A DNA stretch of 64,000 nt from an uncultured Alphaproteobacteria bacterium (GTDB lineage: Bacteria > Pseudomonadota > Alphaproteobacteria > MPNO01 > UBA2964). The notes below the pieces were generated by a model. That model saw only the letters and a list, made by a program, of their open reading frames with translations, did not search any database and was not told the DNA's origin. The translations under genes and the position numbers were made by a program. Below, one piece after another: positions 63,527 through 64,000 of this stretch. How positions within the stretch are numbered: the stretch's first letter is position 1; the number at the start of each line of letters is the position of its first letter. The stretch lies in contig OX638326.1 in assembly GCA_951812775.1 (NCBI GenBank), forward strand, positions 2,241,391 to 2,305,390, read 5' to 3'.

Positions 63527-64000
63527 TCAATTCTCTTCGGTATGCAGAGATACCCCGAGCAAAGCCCGGCGCTTAAGCCAGGGGCTTGGTCGGTAACGTG
63601 GATCGCCGTAGAAATCATACATCGCGTTGAGAACCGCCAATATGCGTCGGGCACCAACAGCATCTCCCTTTGCTAGGGGACCGCTGGGGTAACCGAGCCC
63701 CAACGTGACCGCTTTATCAATATCTGCAGGGCTAGCAATACGTTGTTGAGCGATATCGCAGGCGATATTCACGATGGTTGCCACAACACGCTGGTTCACA
63801 AATCCAGGACTGTCGTGAATGACAGTGACATCGTAACCGCCAGCTGCCAGCGCGGCATGTACCATGTTACGAAGATCGGGGTCAGAAACCGGTGTGCCCA
63901 TGAGGGTTCGACGACCATCAAGTCCAAACATCGTATCGACCCCGAAGGCGCGTTCTGCTTCCACACCTTCAGCAACCGCGGCGCTCGTAATATCACGCCC
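63527..64000 (-). CDS. 3-hydroxyacyl-CoA (3-hydroxybutyryl-CoA) dehydrogenase, C-terminal part; 5' end lies outside the window
   Basis: C-terminal domain pattern ...LGYPSGPLAKGDAVGARRILAVLNAMYDFYGDPRYRPSPWL. The frame is open to position 64000. Confidence 0.6.
   Translation of the reverse strand, partial: GRDITSAAVAEGVEAERAFGVDTMFGLDGRRTLMGTPVSDPDLRNMVHAALAAGGYDVTVIHDSPGFVNQRVVATIVNIACDIAQQRIASPADIDKAVTLGLGYPSGPLAKGDAVGARRILAVLNAMYDFYGDPRYRPSPWLKRRALLGVSLHTEEN

Overview
This 64-kb window looks like alphaproteobacterial chromosome: a DUF1013 protein, a TctA/TctC-type tricarboxylate transporter, a tkt-gap-pgk block and several TRAP transporters. It is an accessory-type region dominated by small-acid catabolism and transport, and it carries many gene lesions. 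The main blocks, in order:

1. Oxalate module (about 2.9-8.3 kb): oxalyl-CoA decarboxylase (oxc), formyl-CoA transferase (frc), an AMP-forming acyl-CoA ligase, a frameshifted GntR regulator, and a divergent DctPQM TRAP transporter.
2. An IS5-family element inserted into a TPR/O-GlcNAc-transferase-like gene.
3. Tricarboxylate module: a TcuA-like flavoprotein, a LysR regulator, a PrpF-family isomerase, a TctC-like binding protein, and a TctA permease with a C-terminal TctB-like extension.
4. Oxidative/hydrolytic block: LLM monooxygenase, methyltransferase, a Rieske oxygenase with an in-frame TAG, SDR, amidase, hydantoinase A/B.
5. PilZ, MFS, FAH, RutE-like nitroreductase, OsmC.
6. A second GntR-TRAP module followed by an intradiol dioxygenase and a deletion remnant of malonyl-CoA decarboxylase.
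7. A heavily degraded type I secretion / LapA-like RTX adhesin locus. HlyD is intact. The ABC transporter has two frameshifts. The TolC-like gene has two in-frame TAG codons. A hybrid histidine kinase has one frameshift. The adhesin is split by a precise 55-bp insertion and a further frameshift.
8. An IS1-family transposase next to a HigB toxin and a HigA-HTH::Zn-peptidase (M78/ImmA-like) fusion, all bracketed by interleaved perfect inverted repeats.
9. An AT-rich island of unrecognised ORFs downstream of pgk.
10. Core genes pgk-gap-tkt and a partial 3-hydroxyacyl-CoA dehydrogenase.

The most striking global signal is the number of single-nucleotide frameshifts, several of them in homopolymers, and in-frame stop codons. 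They are concentrated in the T1SS/adhesin locus. This points either to real pseudogenisation in an IS-bearing genome or to homopolymer-type sequencing errors. Read-level data would settle it.
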